From positions 1,860,001 to 1,924,000 of the forward strand of contig NEEC01000017.1 in NCBI GenBank assembly GCA_002189035.1: a stretch of DNA of 64,000 bases, written 5' to 3'. This document shows positions 38,647 to 53,020 of this stretch, piece by piece (position 1 is the stretch's first letter; every line of letters starts with the position of its first letter). Below the pieces are notes generated by a model that made no database searches, was not told the DNA's origin, and saw only the letters and a list, made by a program, of their open reading frames with translations. This stretch comes from Utricularia gibba (lineage: Eukaryota > Plantae > Magnoliophyta). The translations under genes were made by a program, and so were the position numbers.

Positions 38647-40329
38647 TTAGATTCTTCTCCTTCCCTCGGTCCTTGGCCTCTTGGAGGAACCAGCTTGTAC
38701 ATGCTCTCCTCCTATTGATTGTATCTGCAAAATCATGAGAAGGGGAAACAAACATTATGAGGAAGAACATAGAGTGAGTACCCCTGCTGGAAAACTTGTG
38801 CTGAATGCAGAGACTCTCTATAAACAAATACGTAAATGATAGAATGCTAGAACCAGTTGTAATATGAGCTCAATAACATTTTTCTTCCTTGTTTTAAAAA
38901 AGGGGGTATTCTAATGGTGAACCAACGTGTTTGGAAAATCAGATGGAGATTAGTAGAAATCAGTACGCACATTGTTAAGCTTGTCTCTCACCAAATGAAC
39001 TGTTCTGTTCATGGATTCTAATGGGAAGTATTCCATCTGGATTTCGAAAGCAGAAACATGTCATCACATCTTGAAGGGAAAAGGAAGAAGTAAAACCCAA
39101 ATATAAACAAACTAGCCTTATCTGAAGAAACAGGTGATGAGGATGGCTGCTTTTGTGACTGGATGGGCTGCCTGGAAAAATGAGAGACTTCTCAGAGGAA
39201 GATATGTTGCTAAAACTCATTTTAGTGTATAAATAAGTACCTTTGACTGACAGAAGGTACAACACGAACTGCATTCTCCGTCCTTGGACCATAAGTAAGA
39301 TCTGAAGGACCTATGAGCGTTTTAGCTGTAATCGTTTATGACAAATTCGATTAGCTTAAACTGGAAAAAGGTAAGAACAAGAGGTCAGAATTTGTACTAT
39401 GACTACTCACGGTTAAGCCTTCCAAGGACTTCTTTCCTTCTCCCTTCTAACTTCTCCTTCGTATCGGAGAGGGTTTCAAATTCAGAGGCGTATGACACTT
39501 GTAGTCGGTTCCCAAGGAAAACAGTGTCGTCCAACTTTTTTTTTGCAAACCTGTCATAAATCTTTGAGTTCATATGGCATTTACAATATCCGTATACAGA
39601 AATGCATATAAGATCAAACATGGCTCAATGCAAATTCATTCAAAAAACCTCCAGATACATGAAAACAAGTAGCCAACTGGTGAATTCAAACGCTACTTTT
39701 TCCAGTAAAAGTTTGTGGGATCACATAATACGTAACCACAATGCATGTGGGAACAGAAGAAACACTTTTATACGCTTTGAAATCCTAATAAATTTTAGGA
39801 GCGGCTCTAAGTCAATGCTGTCATTTCCAAAATATCCACCAGTTCTAATTATCAAAACCAATCCGGAAAGCCTCCCAAACACCACAAAAGGTCATCAGAA
39901 TTACCTGGCATTGTTTATCTGGTTAAACTTCAGCCAGTAAACATCGGTATAAGCCTCACAATCTTCAGCGTCCATTGGCTTACACCTGAACACAAAGTTC
40001 ATCAATCGAGTAATTGCAAAAACTGACTTCCAAATGTCCTTAGTGAAATATTCATACTGTCTGCCCCATAACACGTACGCAAGGAATCTTACTGTTCAAC
40101 TAGGCCATAACTGGAGAACAACTTCAAAATTTCATCACCACATCCCAATGAGGGAACATTCCTGACGATAAGATACCTGGGTGGGCAAGGAAAAACTAGT
40201 GAATAAACCTCCACGACTCACTATGAATTCAAACAATGTGGGAAATTTATATAAACATATTTCAGACTTGGATTCATCGCAAACTGTGTAAACGCGAACA
40301 GCTGGAGGATTGTCTCTGAATTTCTTCAT
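38647..40329 (-). CDS. RBM48: RNA-binding protein 48-like (RRM, minor-spliceosome factor), 8 exons including one GC-AG intron
   Basis: PPAVRVYTVCDESK|YLIVRNVPSLGCGDE, CKPMDAEDCE, FAKKKLDDTVFLGNRLQVSYA, C-terminal KRPRTEGRRRI*. Confidence 0.88.
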
Positions 40330-41373
40330 AGCTTCCAAAAATGGATAATCCCCAGTAATGCAGCGACAAACTCCTAAGCCCACCAGTATGCATTTGTTTT
40401 CACACGGACGGAAAAAAGGGTCTTCGCTTTTATCTCCCCTTGAACCATTGAAAATAATTTGATTTCCACACTGCACTATCCTTAAAAAAAAAAAAAAAAG
40501 AATCCATTCCAGCGCCAAAATTAATTTTTCGAAAAAAAAATGTCTGTTCTAGCATATAAATGCAGAATCCCATAGAATTCGCTTGCAAAGATCGGCACAA
40601 TGATGAACGAGCCGCCGACTTCCTTACTGCTAGGCGAATGAATCCTCGCCGGAAGTATTGGTAACAGTTCCGACGTGGTTGAGTAAACTTAATCCGAGCA
40701 GATGAATTCAGCTCAACAAGTCCCAAATCGTTGAATTCGCCATTGATCTTTGGTTCCTCATTGGTGCCCTAATCCTTGAAGGCATGCATCTTATACTGCA
40801 ATTTTCCTCTTAATTATTAGATGATCTTATCCTTAATTATGGTACAAGGATAAGCTTTGGGCCTGACTCGGCCCATATCAGGGCCCGCTAAGATCTTCAG
40901 TTTGTTTCCAGCTCTTCTTCCTCATCTTTGATTTGATTCTCTGTCCCCGAGGATTCGATTCATTCGCAGTGCAGGAGGAACAGAAGTCCTTCATCGGTCG
41001 GAAAGTTTGTGAGTAAGTGTTCCGATGTTGTGTATTTTTTTTCTGGAAACAATTTTTTTTGGTAATTGCACCTGAGCTGGTGAAGATGCGACAGAGGTTT
41101 CTGCTGCCTCTGAAATTTTTAAGGATATCGTTAATCTGAGTGGTGCGTGCTCTATACATTTTTGTTTTTGTTTTTTTTTCTCAAATTATTTGACGATTTT
41201 CGATCGATTTTTGGTTTCGTGTAGCCCGGGACAACATAGTTGTTGTAAGAACTAATTTTGGTTCAAGTGGAGAATGAAAGGGAAGGCTTCTTTCGTGCTC
41301 GTGTGGAGGCCAGCTTGACGAAGGCTCAGGAGCTATTGTGATTTAGATTGCTGTGAAAAGGAGTACGCTTTGG

Positions 41374-42291
41374 ATGTCTCTGAGGATAAAAGCAGTGGTT
41401 GATAATTTCGTCCAGGAGTTGAAGCAGGCTCTGGATGCTGATATACAGGACAGGATTATGAAGGAAAGGGAAATGCAGAGTTACATTGAGGAGAGAGAAC
41501 GTGAGGTTGCTGAGCGTGAAGCAGCTTGGAAGGTTGAGCTTTCCCGTCGCGAGGTAACTGAAAACGGCGGATTTGGCACCTTAAATCTTGTGCATATGGT
41601 TCATAATGGTTTATCTTATTGATGGATATCATCTGCTTCACGTACTCTACGAAAGCAAAGACGAATGTTTGAACATCCTACTTTTTGAGTTCAAGCCTGA
41701 TAAGCACATTAGCCTCGTTCCCTTTGAGATTTTGGTTTTAGGAGGTCATGTTTGACTAGCCAGCTTTTTTTCTTCGATGTGATGAGTATCCAGAAAACAT
41801 TAGCCGATGAATCCTCAGGAAAAAAAATGGTTGATGGAGTTTAGGATATTTGGTTGCTCCCCTACTTCTCAGTTTCACAGCTGTGGTTCGAAACAATGGT
41901 TTCTCTTTGCCGTATTAAGAATATGGGTGCTTAGAAAATTGAATGGACTTATGCAATCCTATGCTTAAAGTGTGCAATTTCATTCCAATGTTTTTCAGAC
42001 CTGCCCATGTTGCTTACATTTTTTCTTCTACTTGTTTTGTTGTGCACCTGATCCACTGCTAAGCATTTCACTATTTTGCTCGAGATCCCCCTTATTCTTT
42101 TATGTTGCTCTGCTTGTTTTCAGGCCGAGATTGCAAGGCAGGAAGCAAGACTAAAGATCGAACGAGAAAACCTGGAAAAGGAGAAAAGTGTGCTGATGGG
42201 AACTGCACAAGATAATCAAGATGGAGCTCTTGAAATTACCGTCAGCGGTGAGAAGTACCGTTGCTTGAGGTTCGCAAAGGCCAAGAAATGA
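41374..42291 (+). CDS. Conserved plant small coiled-coil protein (about 116 aa), 2 coding exons (41374-41553, 42124-42291)
   Basis: MSLRIKAVVDNFVQELKQALDADIQDRIMKEREMQSYIEERERE...ALEITVSGEKYRCLRFAKAKK. Clean GT-AG junction; function not recognised. Confidence 0.85.
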
Positions 42292-42759
42292 AACGTGGAG
42301 ATGATGAAACAGCCATTTCAGCCCATACAAGGCCTCCTGTAGTTCCTTTGTCCATCACAATCGCACAGCTGCAGTTTCTCATCTGCTTCTGCAAACTGGT
42401 TTGTAATCTTTTCTTCATATACATGTCGCTATGGCTTAGCTCTGTGCTGTGAATTGTGTTTCTCTCTGACAAAATCATAATTAATTTATTGTTGATCACT
42501 TAGGGGTTACCCCTCTTCATCCACACACGAGTCCTAGCAATGAAATAACAGGCTTGTTATATATACATCTACAGCAACTGAAAATGGATTCTGGAAACCC
42601 GAAATGGAGAATATCCCCCTGCTGTCTCCCTTTCACAGAGATAGTGTTTGATGATAAATACAGAGACAAAATTACAGGGTGTTCAGTTTCCACTCACCAA
42701 GAATGTTTCTGTTCATCAATACAATCATTGTAAGAGATGGAGAAAGTACACTTCTCATC

Positions 42760-45383
42760 TCATACATGATTCTCCTGCAAGCGCCTCTTGTGCTCCCTGT
42801 CCTGGTACTCATGTCTTCCCATTGCATTCCTGTCATCATTGTTGTACGGATGGTTGCTTTGCTTAGGAAGTGTGTGGCTGTACTCCCCCCGATGCCTTTC
42901 CGACGAGGGGCTCCTCTCTGGCCTCCTCTTCCGTGAACTTGAAGATCTTGGTGACTGATGTCCTCTGTCAGCATCCTCCACTTCACCTTCTTCGGCACCA
43001 TCGCTGCCGCCCTGAGGTGATTTCTTCACCACATGGTTGTAGTGGGTGTCCTCTGACCAAGCCTGCTTCTTCTCGGGTCTGCTCTTTTCATTCTGGCCTG
43101 GCATTTCTACGTTCTCCAGCTCCCTCTCGATCTCATCCTCTGGATCCGCTTTGAGAGCGATGTCACCCTGCGCCTTCCGGCGCTCCATTGCTGCTTTCAA
43201 GGAGATGACTTTTTCTAGGTCCAGCTTCTTGTTCGCGCTGTGGGGCGATTGATGAACTGCACCATCTTTTGTAGACAACACCTTGCCATTATGCTGCTTA
43301 TCCTTCACCTCTGAGAGCCCCTTGCGGTCATCAGCCGCATGCCCATCAACACGTTCCGGCTTGATGTCATCTTTCTCCCGTTTCACAGGAACCATGTTGA
43401 TATCAGCACTTCCATGATCACTATGACGTGAATGAGAAGTTCTGGGCTGTCCAGTGATCACAGCAGCAGTCCCACCTTGCGAAGAACCAGCTGTGTGTTC
43501 ATCGTCAAGGTGGCCTTTCGACTGAAGTCGCACACTGTTTCCTGCACTCCCTTCAGCTTCACTAGCTTGGGATGGGAGCGCTTTGTTTTGTTCATACAGC
43601 TCGAGCATTTGATTGCTCACCTCTGCAAGGAAAAAACATGTCAGTTGGGAGGAGCATTTACATTACAAGGGGAAATAACGGCAACATCCACGAGTATCTG
43701 CATTCTAGGCAATGGCAGAACTCAGTTTTAGGAAGACACCAACCCTCTAATTGGTGTGGAGAGACATCGAACTCTTGCCCCCAAACCTCATGTGGAAGCT
43801 TCACTTTGAGGAATTTCGCTGCGAGGAAAATAGCACCTGCCGCGATGTGGTGGGGCTTAAATTGCAGGCACAGAGATGTACGAAGCCTGCAATGGTGCTT
43901 TCTCGGTCAAAAGTATAAGAGCTCGGACCACGGGTAAGCACTAGATTACTATTGCATGCAAAATATCGTACCCATCATTAACAAAATTCCACGCCACTTG
44001 AGCAAGAGCATTTTGCGCAACCTTGAATTTTTTAATTGCCTCAACCAGAGGCTTGTATGGATGAAGCACATTGAGATCAAAACCAAGAGTAACAAGAACA
44101 ATCCTTTCCCCCAGTAAGATCAGTTCCTTTTGTTGTTCATAAACCTCCTGTGTGGTGAATAGATAAAAAAAGAAAAAGGGTCACTTAACATATCTATGAT
44201 CAACTACGTAAAACGAGAACCCAGATACATGCCTATCACCCTGATGCATTAACAAGTTGAAAATACATCATACGCTACAGATAGGCTACTCACCTTCTGC
44301 TTAATCCTTTGCACAGCAGCAGCATCTTTTTTGTGTATTATTTCATATGACACAAGAATGACATCTTTTAGAGGACGAGGTGTTTCTTCAACCTTACCAG
44401 CAAGAAACATACAAACTATGGCAACCGTCTGCACAAGGAAAAAAAAACAATAACCACTACTGAGAAATGGTTACACGCCCAAATGACGAACCTTATATCA
44501 ATTAAATCCATTTTCTTTCTTTTACAACACAATTTCACAATAGAAGATATACCACCAAAAAGTTCATAAACTGCTTCAAAAGGAACAAATGCATTCACTT
44601 CTAATGAAATAAGTACTTCGCTAGCTTGAGTACAATATTGCTGAGAATGCCAATTGCATTTCTGAATACGACCTTTGTGGGAAAAAAAAAAACAGGCTTA
44701 CTTACCCTTCTATCATTTTTTGCATGTGACTGGCGAAGAAAGAAGCGATGACAGAATATAATAGCTGTGGCAATAGTTACTTGGGGTCTGCATAATGAAG
44801 CAATTACCATGTAAAAGAACTAACCCAGCATGGTTTTCCAACAATGCGGATAATACAAAGTTTTCGAATAAGATTTTTTAATGAAGATTAAGCAATTTGA
44901 AAAAAAAAAGAAAAGAAACGAGAAACTAGATATTATAGTCATGCTACACCGTTTTATGATCCTAATATATGCATAAACATACTTACAATAAATTTATCCA
45001 ACAAAGCGCGTAACCTACAGTAGAATAATGACCCTACTTTCATGCATTCAAAGTCTAATAATGGAATCAATGCAAAATCATACAACAGTTCCTGATGAAC
45101 ACACTACAAAAAAGAACTCAAACAGTGCTGACAAGCATTTCGAGGGGAAAACTTACACTTTTAGTCTCATGCCCAAATCTTGCAAAAATGTGCAATATGA
45201 CTTGCGCAGATATGCCTCTTTCTTTAAATCTATTCCATCTTTTCTAGACGGTGAATTTTCCTCAATTTCTTTTCTAGAGAAGTACCACCGCCCAGCACCT
45301 TCATCTGGTTTATCATGGGAAGTCTTATGATGGCCTTCAGGCGCTCCATGATGAGAGGCGTCACCAGATAGGTGGCCAGCCAT
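42760..45383 (-). CDS. CYCT1: Cyclin T1 (P-TEFb), 6 coding exons, 5'UTR intron
   Basis: [38 protein letters not shown]|[56 protein letters not shown], charged low-complexity tail. Confidence 0.96.
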
Positions 45384-46995
45384 TTAAACTCCTATTTTGT
45401 AACAGGCAACCTTAAAAGTATTGTGAATTCTCTAAAAAAAAAAAAGCACCATATGCTCGTAAAAGCTTCTCTGCGACGGCCAAGCGACAAAACAAATGAC
45501 GAAAATCAGAAGTTAAAAACACTTATCACAGCATCAATAAAAAATAAAAAGATGATCTTTTTTTTATTCGTGACCGTTTCCCTAATACAGCCGTTAAACA
45601 AGTACAAAACAATTTCCTGCTTTATCATAATCATTGAAGCAATGAAGCGTCTACATTACATCAAACCAAACAGAAATAAAATGAAATTCAGCCTCATAAA
45701 GCATTAGGGCAAATACAGATTAGACGCCACAGTCAACCGAACTAAAAAGAGCGAGAGCCCATCAATTCCACAGTATTACTCATCGAAAATCCCAAGAAAC
45801 AACGGGAGTACAATCAGTATACCAACGCATGAAAGTAGAATTTCGCTATACAATACAAACATTCAATTTCCCAATGACATAAAATTCGAGTCGCTAAAAC
45901 CGTACTTCAAAAGGCACCCGATTCGTATGAAATTCTTTCAAGAAAAAAGAAAACTTACGTGGAAGAAACGCGTCCACGCGCAAATCCACCAGCCCGAAAA
46001 GAAACAAATCACAGCAGAAATCAAGAAACGAGATAAATCATCGAATATGGGCGCCGAAATCAGTCTCCGACGTCGCTCACAGCAGCAGCAAGGCCACGAC
46101 TTGGGGAGCGGAGCGTCAAGCAAATTTGCAAGACTCCGAAGGTTAGGGCTGTGGGCTCCTGGAAAACGCCCGTTCGGGTTATTTTCATAACAGCAGAAAA
46201 TTATAGTGGCCAAATCGATAAACTAATTATTTTCAATGGGCCTATTTGTGAGATGATCCAGTAAAAATAGTGCGTACATGTTTATATGGGCCGGCTCAAC
46301 AAAGCCCAGAGCCCATGGCAAGATCCTCATTCATTGTTTTATTTCTTGATATTAAAATATAAATGAGATTAATTTACATTATAATAATTGATTTGAAAAA
46401 TATAAATGCGTTTTGTAGTAATTATTATTTTAAAAAAGATTATATATTACTTGTTTGTTATAAATTTTATAATTGAATATATATGTAATATTACTAAATA
46501 CTAATAATTAATTATTCATATATAATCATTTATAATGTAATTAAACAAGAATGATATCGTATTTTACAATCATAAATATTAATTAATATCTTATTATACA
46601 TAGTTTTATGTTTTACTACAAATAAAATATTAAATAGAAAAATTGATGGGATGTTTAAACCATGATATAATATGTCAATAATTACCAAATGTGTAATTAA
46701 AATATATTATTAATTTAAAATTGATTAATTTATTATATATTGAATGATGAAATTGAAGAAAAACACTTCAAAATATGCATCATTTAAAGAATTAATCATT
46801 CTATTCTTATTTTTCACATATTACGATCAATTTTTTATAAATACGATAATCACTTTTAATTAAGATGTTGATCAATTTTCTAATACATTCCCATATCACA
46901 CTATCTGTACATGTCAAGTATAACTACTGTGACTGAAGCTCTCAAAAAGTCGAGCTTCAGAAGGCAGAAGTGGTGCGGCGATGCCAAAAAGATGA

Positions 46996-49064
46996 TCACC
47001 ACACGTGGACAAAGTGCTCCTGTGGGAGGCGACGAGTGGCCGTGGAGCCGTCCTCGCCGTAGCTGTGGAGTATTCCGATCAGCGAGCTCGCTTTCTTCTG
47101 TGCCCATGGCGACCCATCGGCGACAACGGAGTACAAACTCGCTAATAGAGATGAAGGGTGGTTCTTCACTAAAACTGGAACCACATCTCCTTCGTTGTTG
47201 ATGCTCAGAGACAGCAACAAAGATGCACAGTATTCTCTCCCTGCTTTCGAATTCGAAGTTCCGAAGATTCGCAAGATAAGTGGCAAAGCTCCGGAGTTGA
47301 ATATAGCAGCTGCACCGTCTGGTTTTTCACCGAGATTCGCTAGAACTGCTAAACAGTCGGCTGTGAGGTTTTCCTTTTTGGAAGAGTTCAATGTCTGTAT
47401 CACTAATGGGACTAATCCAGCTTGCAGCATCCTCTGATGGTTCTCTGGGTGCAGCAGAAGTGTGAAAATCATGACTAAAGTTCGTTTCTTTGCACGGTCC
47501 GACCCATCTCGAAGGAGGTTGATGAGCCCCGGCACTGCAGATGGTATTGCACCTATGATGCTTCTGTTATCTTCAACAGAGGCATGATAGAACAATGCGC
47601 ACACTGCAAGCTGACGAGCTTTCATTGTTAAGCCTTCGCTCAAGGCCTGAACGATGATCTCCAATCCTCCATGCTCGGCCATAGTCGTCTTCGCCTTGGA
47701 GTGCTTCGAGAGATTACAGATGCACGAGATTGCGTTCTTTTGCAGCTCTGGAGTTGCTGAGCTGACGAGGCTTAGAAGAGGAGGAATGGCACCTGCTTCC
47801 ACTAAACAAGACCTGTTAAAAATGCTTGTTTTAGTTAGCAGGTGAATTTCCCTGGCGGCATTGACCTGAGCTTCCACTGTTCCGGCAGCAAGCCTTGAAA
47901 CAAGGAAGCTGGAGACCAGCTGAATGGCATTCTCAGCTGCTAGACTGTTCTCACTGATTGATGATGAATTAGGCGCATCTCTTCGATGCCCTGGTTCTGG
48001 GAACGCCATTTGATTCTTCAAGCAGTATAGCTTTATCAGCCTTTGCAGGGCCTGATTCTGAATCAACTTTAGATCAGGTAGCAGTTTTCCGGTTTTCGGG
48101 CAAGTGTAGTTTCCAGCTCCGAACCAATGGAGGATCGAAGAGCGCTCATACGTGTGACCAGAAGATAAAACTACAGGATCAGTCATGATTTCAAGGGAAA
48201 TTGGGCATCTGAAATCCTCAGGATTCAAAGTGGAGATCATCCCCATGGTGAGTTTTTCAGATTCATCAGAATGCTGTGAAAGAAGCGACGCCACTTTGTC
48301 GACTGCTGCGAAAAGTGTACATCTACTGTAAATCATCAACGCCATTAGACTTCGCAGGAATCTAAAACCCCTCCTGTCGGAAGATGAAGAAACATGCCCT
48401 GATTCAGAATGCAAGAACTTGAACTGTAAATGGCAATCAATCCAGCTCCCAATTCCAAGATAACGGAAAACGCGCCTCAGTTCACTGGATTTGGGGCTAA
48501 TCCCAGCTTCAAACTTATCAAGAATGGCGATAACACTGCTTCTGACTCGTTCATCTTCTTCTTCAACTTTGAAATATGTTTCCATTGTCTGCTTTCTAAC
48601 GAATCCCACAACTTCCTTAGCTTCATCAGAAACATCTAATCCGGAAAGCGGGATCACGTCTAGAGCCGTGGAGATTCCTCGCATACAAAAACGGATATGC
48701 GAAGAAACATCTTCCGATTTCATGAGCATCCAGAGACGGGTATCGTCTCTGGTACAATCCTCCAAGAGAAAACGAAGCTTCTGAAAGATTACATGTAGCT
48801 CAGACAAGGAAATAATCAAGGAACCCCACATGTGGAATCCACAACAAGTATTTCTTGGAGAAAAACAACAAGGGCTTGAACCAAACGGATTGAATTCCTG
48901 AAATTCCTCCTGTTGGTGAACTGGGTTTTCGACTTAAACTCAGATATCGCGATACCGAAGCTGATCAGAGAAGGAAGAAGCGTGGCAAGTGAAATAGATT
49001 CACTTGGAGCGACGGCCGGAAAATTCAAAATCCGGCGGGTACCATCTTCGGAATAACTTATCAT
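46996..49064 (-). CDS. U-box/ARM E3 ligase PUB18/PUB19-like, intronless; apparent 1-bp deletion at 48824-48827
   Basis: N-terminus RRILNFPAVAPSESISL, FQKLRFLLEDCTRD, U-box DFRCPISLEIMTDPV...GHTYERSSI..WF..GNYTCPKTG and ARM repeats. Confidence 0.92.
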
Positions 49065-49212
49065 CGAACAACGATAAACCCCAGAACCCAAATCACAAAA
49101 CAACAAAAACACAAGCTGCAAAATGCAAACTTGGGATCTAAAGATTTCAAAGAAACAACCAACAAATATCTGGAACTCTGTTTCACGCTCCTTATCCTCA
49201 AACGGCGTGTAA

Positions 49213-49347
49213 CTATATATACCGTGGCCTCCCTCAGGGGCCCGAGGACACGTGGTGCCATCTTGTGCAACTAGGTGCTAAAACCCGCGTCGACGAAAAT
49301 TCCTCGCCCTATAACACACTGCCACGTGCCACATGTCAAAGGCCGAC
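49213..49347 (-). promoter_or_regulatory. Stress/ABA promoter module of the PUB18/19-like gene
   Basis: TATA-like TA run about 49213-49220, ACACGTGG 49248-49255, CCACGTGC 49322-49329, CACATG 49330-49335 and DRE/CRT core GCCGAC 49342-49347. Confidence 0.65.
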
Positions 49348-51729
49348 ATTGCTTATATTTAAATCTTTTACTAAATCACATTTATGACGTTAATGACTTT
49401 CCATATGCGGGGAAACTTCCCAAGAGATTAGTAAATGCCATCCTACTTTTTTTGGTAAAAAAAAAAAATCAATATAATAATCACTAAACATTTTAAAAAA
49501 AGACACTTGAAAATATAGTTTTATTAATAACAATATTTTTAAATTATTTGTATTTAAAAAAATGCATGTATTTAATTATAATTAAAATTATGAAAATTGA
49601 AAAATTTATAATAAATTTTAATGAAAAAATACTATAAGTATTTTTCGGGCCCATTTAATTCCTGGCCCAGAAAGTGAATACCTGCCACACAAGCCCATTA
49701 AGGGAACCAGCTTCTCCATGCTATTTTTTTAATTTTTAAAAGGTGGGAATTGTGCATTAATTATTGTACCTTCAATTTTTTTTAATTTAATAAGGGAATA
49801 ATTTATTATGCTAATATTCCCAAATTATATAATAAAAAATATATAAAAAATAGAATATCAAAATTTAAAATGTATTATTTAGGGGTTGCAATCTGTGTGC
49901 TTATCATGTAACCGCACCATTGATTGAGGGGTTGGTTAGCCATCTCCCTCCCATAGTATCACTTTCCTCTCCGCTGCCACGACACTCTAAACCTCCACCA
50001 TATCTACCTCCAGAATGCAATGCCGCAACATGACCATACCAACAATTTGGCTACACCATTACCATTCAATAGTCCCCCAACATTCCGAAATCCCGAAACC
50101 AAACACGAATTATCTTTTAAATATATTCAAAACATTTTCTTGTCAAACCACGGTTAAAAACTTATCGAGTTTAACTCCGAATCGAACCTATAATTCTAAA
50201 TGTATAGTTTTATATGATACTATTCGTTTTAAAGATTGTTTTTTCATTTTAAAAAAAAGAATTCATATAAAATTATAATGATTCTTTTATTTAATCACGT
50301 ATTTTCCCTAGTCTATTATCAATATTATGTATCGTTATTAGACTATTGACTGTATTATATATATTGAAAAAATTAATTATTTTTAATATTAATTTTATAT
50401 TTTAATATATGATAGAAAAAATAAAGATGGATATAAACGACTCTATGAATTAAAAATATTAAACTTATTTATCTATTGTTTATTTTAATTAAAATGTAGG
50501 TTATAAGGGGTGAGAGTAGTCATATCAATCATTAGACACGTGTTTAAATATTTGCTTTAACGCCTCTTTTTCCGGGCTCCCCATAACTCCATATAAATGA
50601 ACAGTCAGACCCGACGGGTTTCACACACACGCGGTTTGACCTCCCGGGTTCCATTCTTTTTTATTCCATATACTTGATTTATAAAATAGAAAATTGCAAA
50701 AATAACACACCAAGTTTCAATCACTATGAAAAGTCTAACCCCAAATTTTAAAATTACAAAAAGGACACATTAATTTTTCAAAACTGTTTAACGAAAACCC
50801 AAATAATTTTTAAAATTTTTAAAAATTGAATCAAATATGAGAAATTAACTATGTAATAAATATCGAAAAATGATGAATTAAAAATAATATGATAAATATA
50901 TATAAAAATATCAAAATAATTGTCAAAATCATTCAACGAAAATCCAAAATAAGAAGTTAAATATGCAATTTTATAAATTGGAGGACAAAATGTTTACAAA
51001 AAATATAAGTTAAAAACTCAATGATACAAATTTGAAAATTAGGGGTTATACTTTATAAAATAATTATCTTGTTTTTCAATAATATTTTTCAAAATTATTT
51101 TATTTGATATTAAAAAAATCTATTTTCAAAAATAAGTATTTTATAGTTTTATATATTATTAAAAATAGAAACAAACAAATAAATAAATAAATAATTATTT
51201 TTTGTATGTGAAAGTGAGAAGTGGGTTTGAATGGGGAAGCCGGAGTATGACAAAATGTGTAATAAGGCGTGCATTATTGCAGACCCCTACAAGGCGCTCT
51301 GAGGTAGCATCAATGAGAGCTGGGATCCATGGACTGGAGTACCTTTCCATCCATCCCAGTTATAATTCCCTACACGAAAGTCCCTACTTGGGATATACAA
51401 ACACGGGTGTCGTGATGCCTCCACAGGCATAAAAAAACCATATCTTTTCGTTTTTGGATTGGGTCTGAGGCCATCTTGTGGTCTCAGGAGTATCAGAAAA
51501 GAGGGGTTTCTCCGGGGAGATTAGAATGATCGGCGACAAACAGACGCAGATACGTATGGGGGAGTGAGTGGGACGTCGTATCTAACCCTTGGGAGGTCCC
51601 CAGAATCCAAGAGCAGGACCCCGAGATGAAAACCACATCGTACCCTTCCAGCTTGCAACGACTTACCAGAGGTGACAATAAGAATAGGAACCACCCTCTT
51701 GTTTCTAGGGCAAACTTGTGTTAGCGCCT

Positions 51730-53020
51730 ATGACGTCCTCTTGTCGCCTCTTCCTCTTCTCGCTTCTGTTGAGCGCCGTCTGTGTTCATTCGGCTGGACC
51801 GGCTCCGCTCGTGGAGCGTCTGACGGATCGATTCAGCCGGGTGGGTGTGAATCAGAGCTACGATATTCTTTTCGGTGGGAAGAATGTTCGTGGTGTGAAT
51901 GGTGGGGGTGGTGTTACTCTTACTCTCGACAAATCCTCTGGTAAAGATTGAGAAGTTTTCCTCTTTTGAAGTGGGGTTTTGGAGCTTTTTTTTTCACCTT
52001 TCGTTGATTTGCTTCTGCAGGCTCAGGAGTGGAGTCGAGAGACAGGTATTTTCATGGCTTCTTCAGCGCAGCCATTAAACTTCCGGCAGGTTTTTCCTCA
52101 GGCGTTGTGGTAGCATTCTACGTAAGTTTTTCCTCCTACAACTATACGACCGGAAACGACGAAAATACGCCTTTTAGCTCTGTGTTGAGTTTCGATTTTG
52201 GCTGTTGTTAGTTATCGAACGTTGGCGAGTTCCCCCACAACCACGACGAGCTGGACTTCGAACTGCTGGGCATGAGAGTAAACGAACATGGGTTCTGCAG
52301 ACCAACATGTACGGCGACGGAAGCGTCGGAACTGGCAGGGAGGAGAAGCTCTACCTCTGGTTCGATCCCACAGAGGCCTTCCATGAATACAGCATCCTCT
52401 GGAATCATCATCATATTGTGTAAGCATCCCCCATCTTTTATACTGCAACACACACGACGAACCCATCTGGGCACCAGAGAAACAAACCCCATGATACTAT
52501 GTACAAAAGCTAAGAAAAAATTGTCCCGATCACTACAGTGACCATGATCTTGACCACTTGGCGGTGGGCAGCTTTCAATTTTGATTTCGTATCTGGGCAA
52601 CCGTTTCATCTTCATCTTCATCTTCATCTTCCCAGGTATTTCGTGGACAACGTTCCGGTCCGGGAAGTAGCCCAGAGCAAGGCGTTGGGATCGGCGTACC
52701 CATCGAAACCCATGTCGGCGTACATCACGATCTGGGACGGGTCGGAGTGGGCAACTCACGGCGGAAAGTACCCCGTCGACTACAAGTACGCCCCCTTTGT
52801 GGCGTCCATCAGCGGAGTCCAGTTGGAGGGCTGCGTCATGAACGAGAACCAGGTCTGTTCAGGAAGGAGCCCTTCGAGTCTGGATCCGGTTGACGGCGAG
52901 GTGTTCGCTAAATTGTCTAGCTCACAGACGGCTGCTCTGGACTGGGCCAGACGGAACCATGTGTTCTACTCCTACTGCCAAGACAGGTCCAGGTACAAAG
53001 TTATGCCTCCAGAATGTTGA
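51730..53020 (+). CDS. XTH33: Xyloglucan endotransglucosylase/hydrolase, XTH33-like, 4 exons; apparent 1-bp deletion at 52268-52270
   Basis: Signal peptide, RLTDRFS, LTLDKSSG, KLPAGFSSGVVVAFY, catalytic HDELDFELLG, GREEKLYLWFDPT, YPSKPMSAYITIWDGSEWATHGGKYPVDYKYAPF, SSLDPVDG and FYSYC..RYKVMPPEC. Confidence 0.9.

Noticed and set aside
49900-50110. GC-balanced island as an LTR or transposon remnant
   Set aside because: No terminal repeats, PBS/PPT or transposase/RT motif could be identified.
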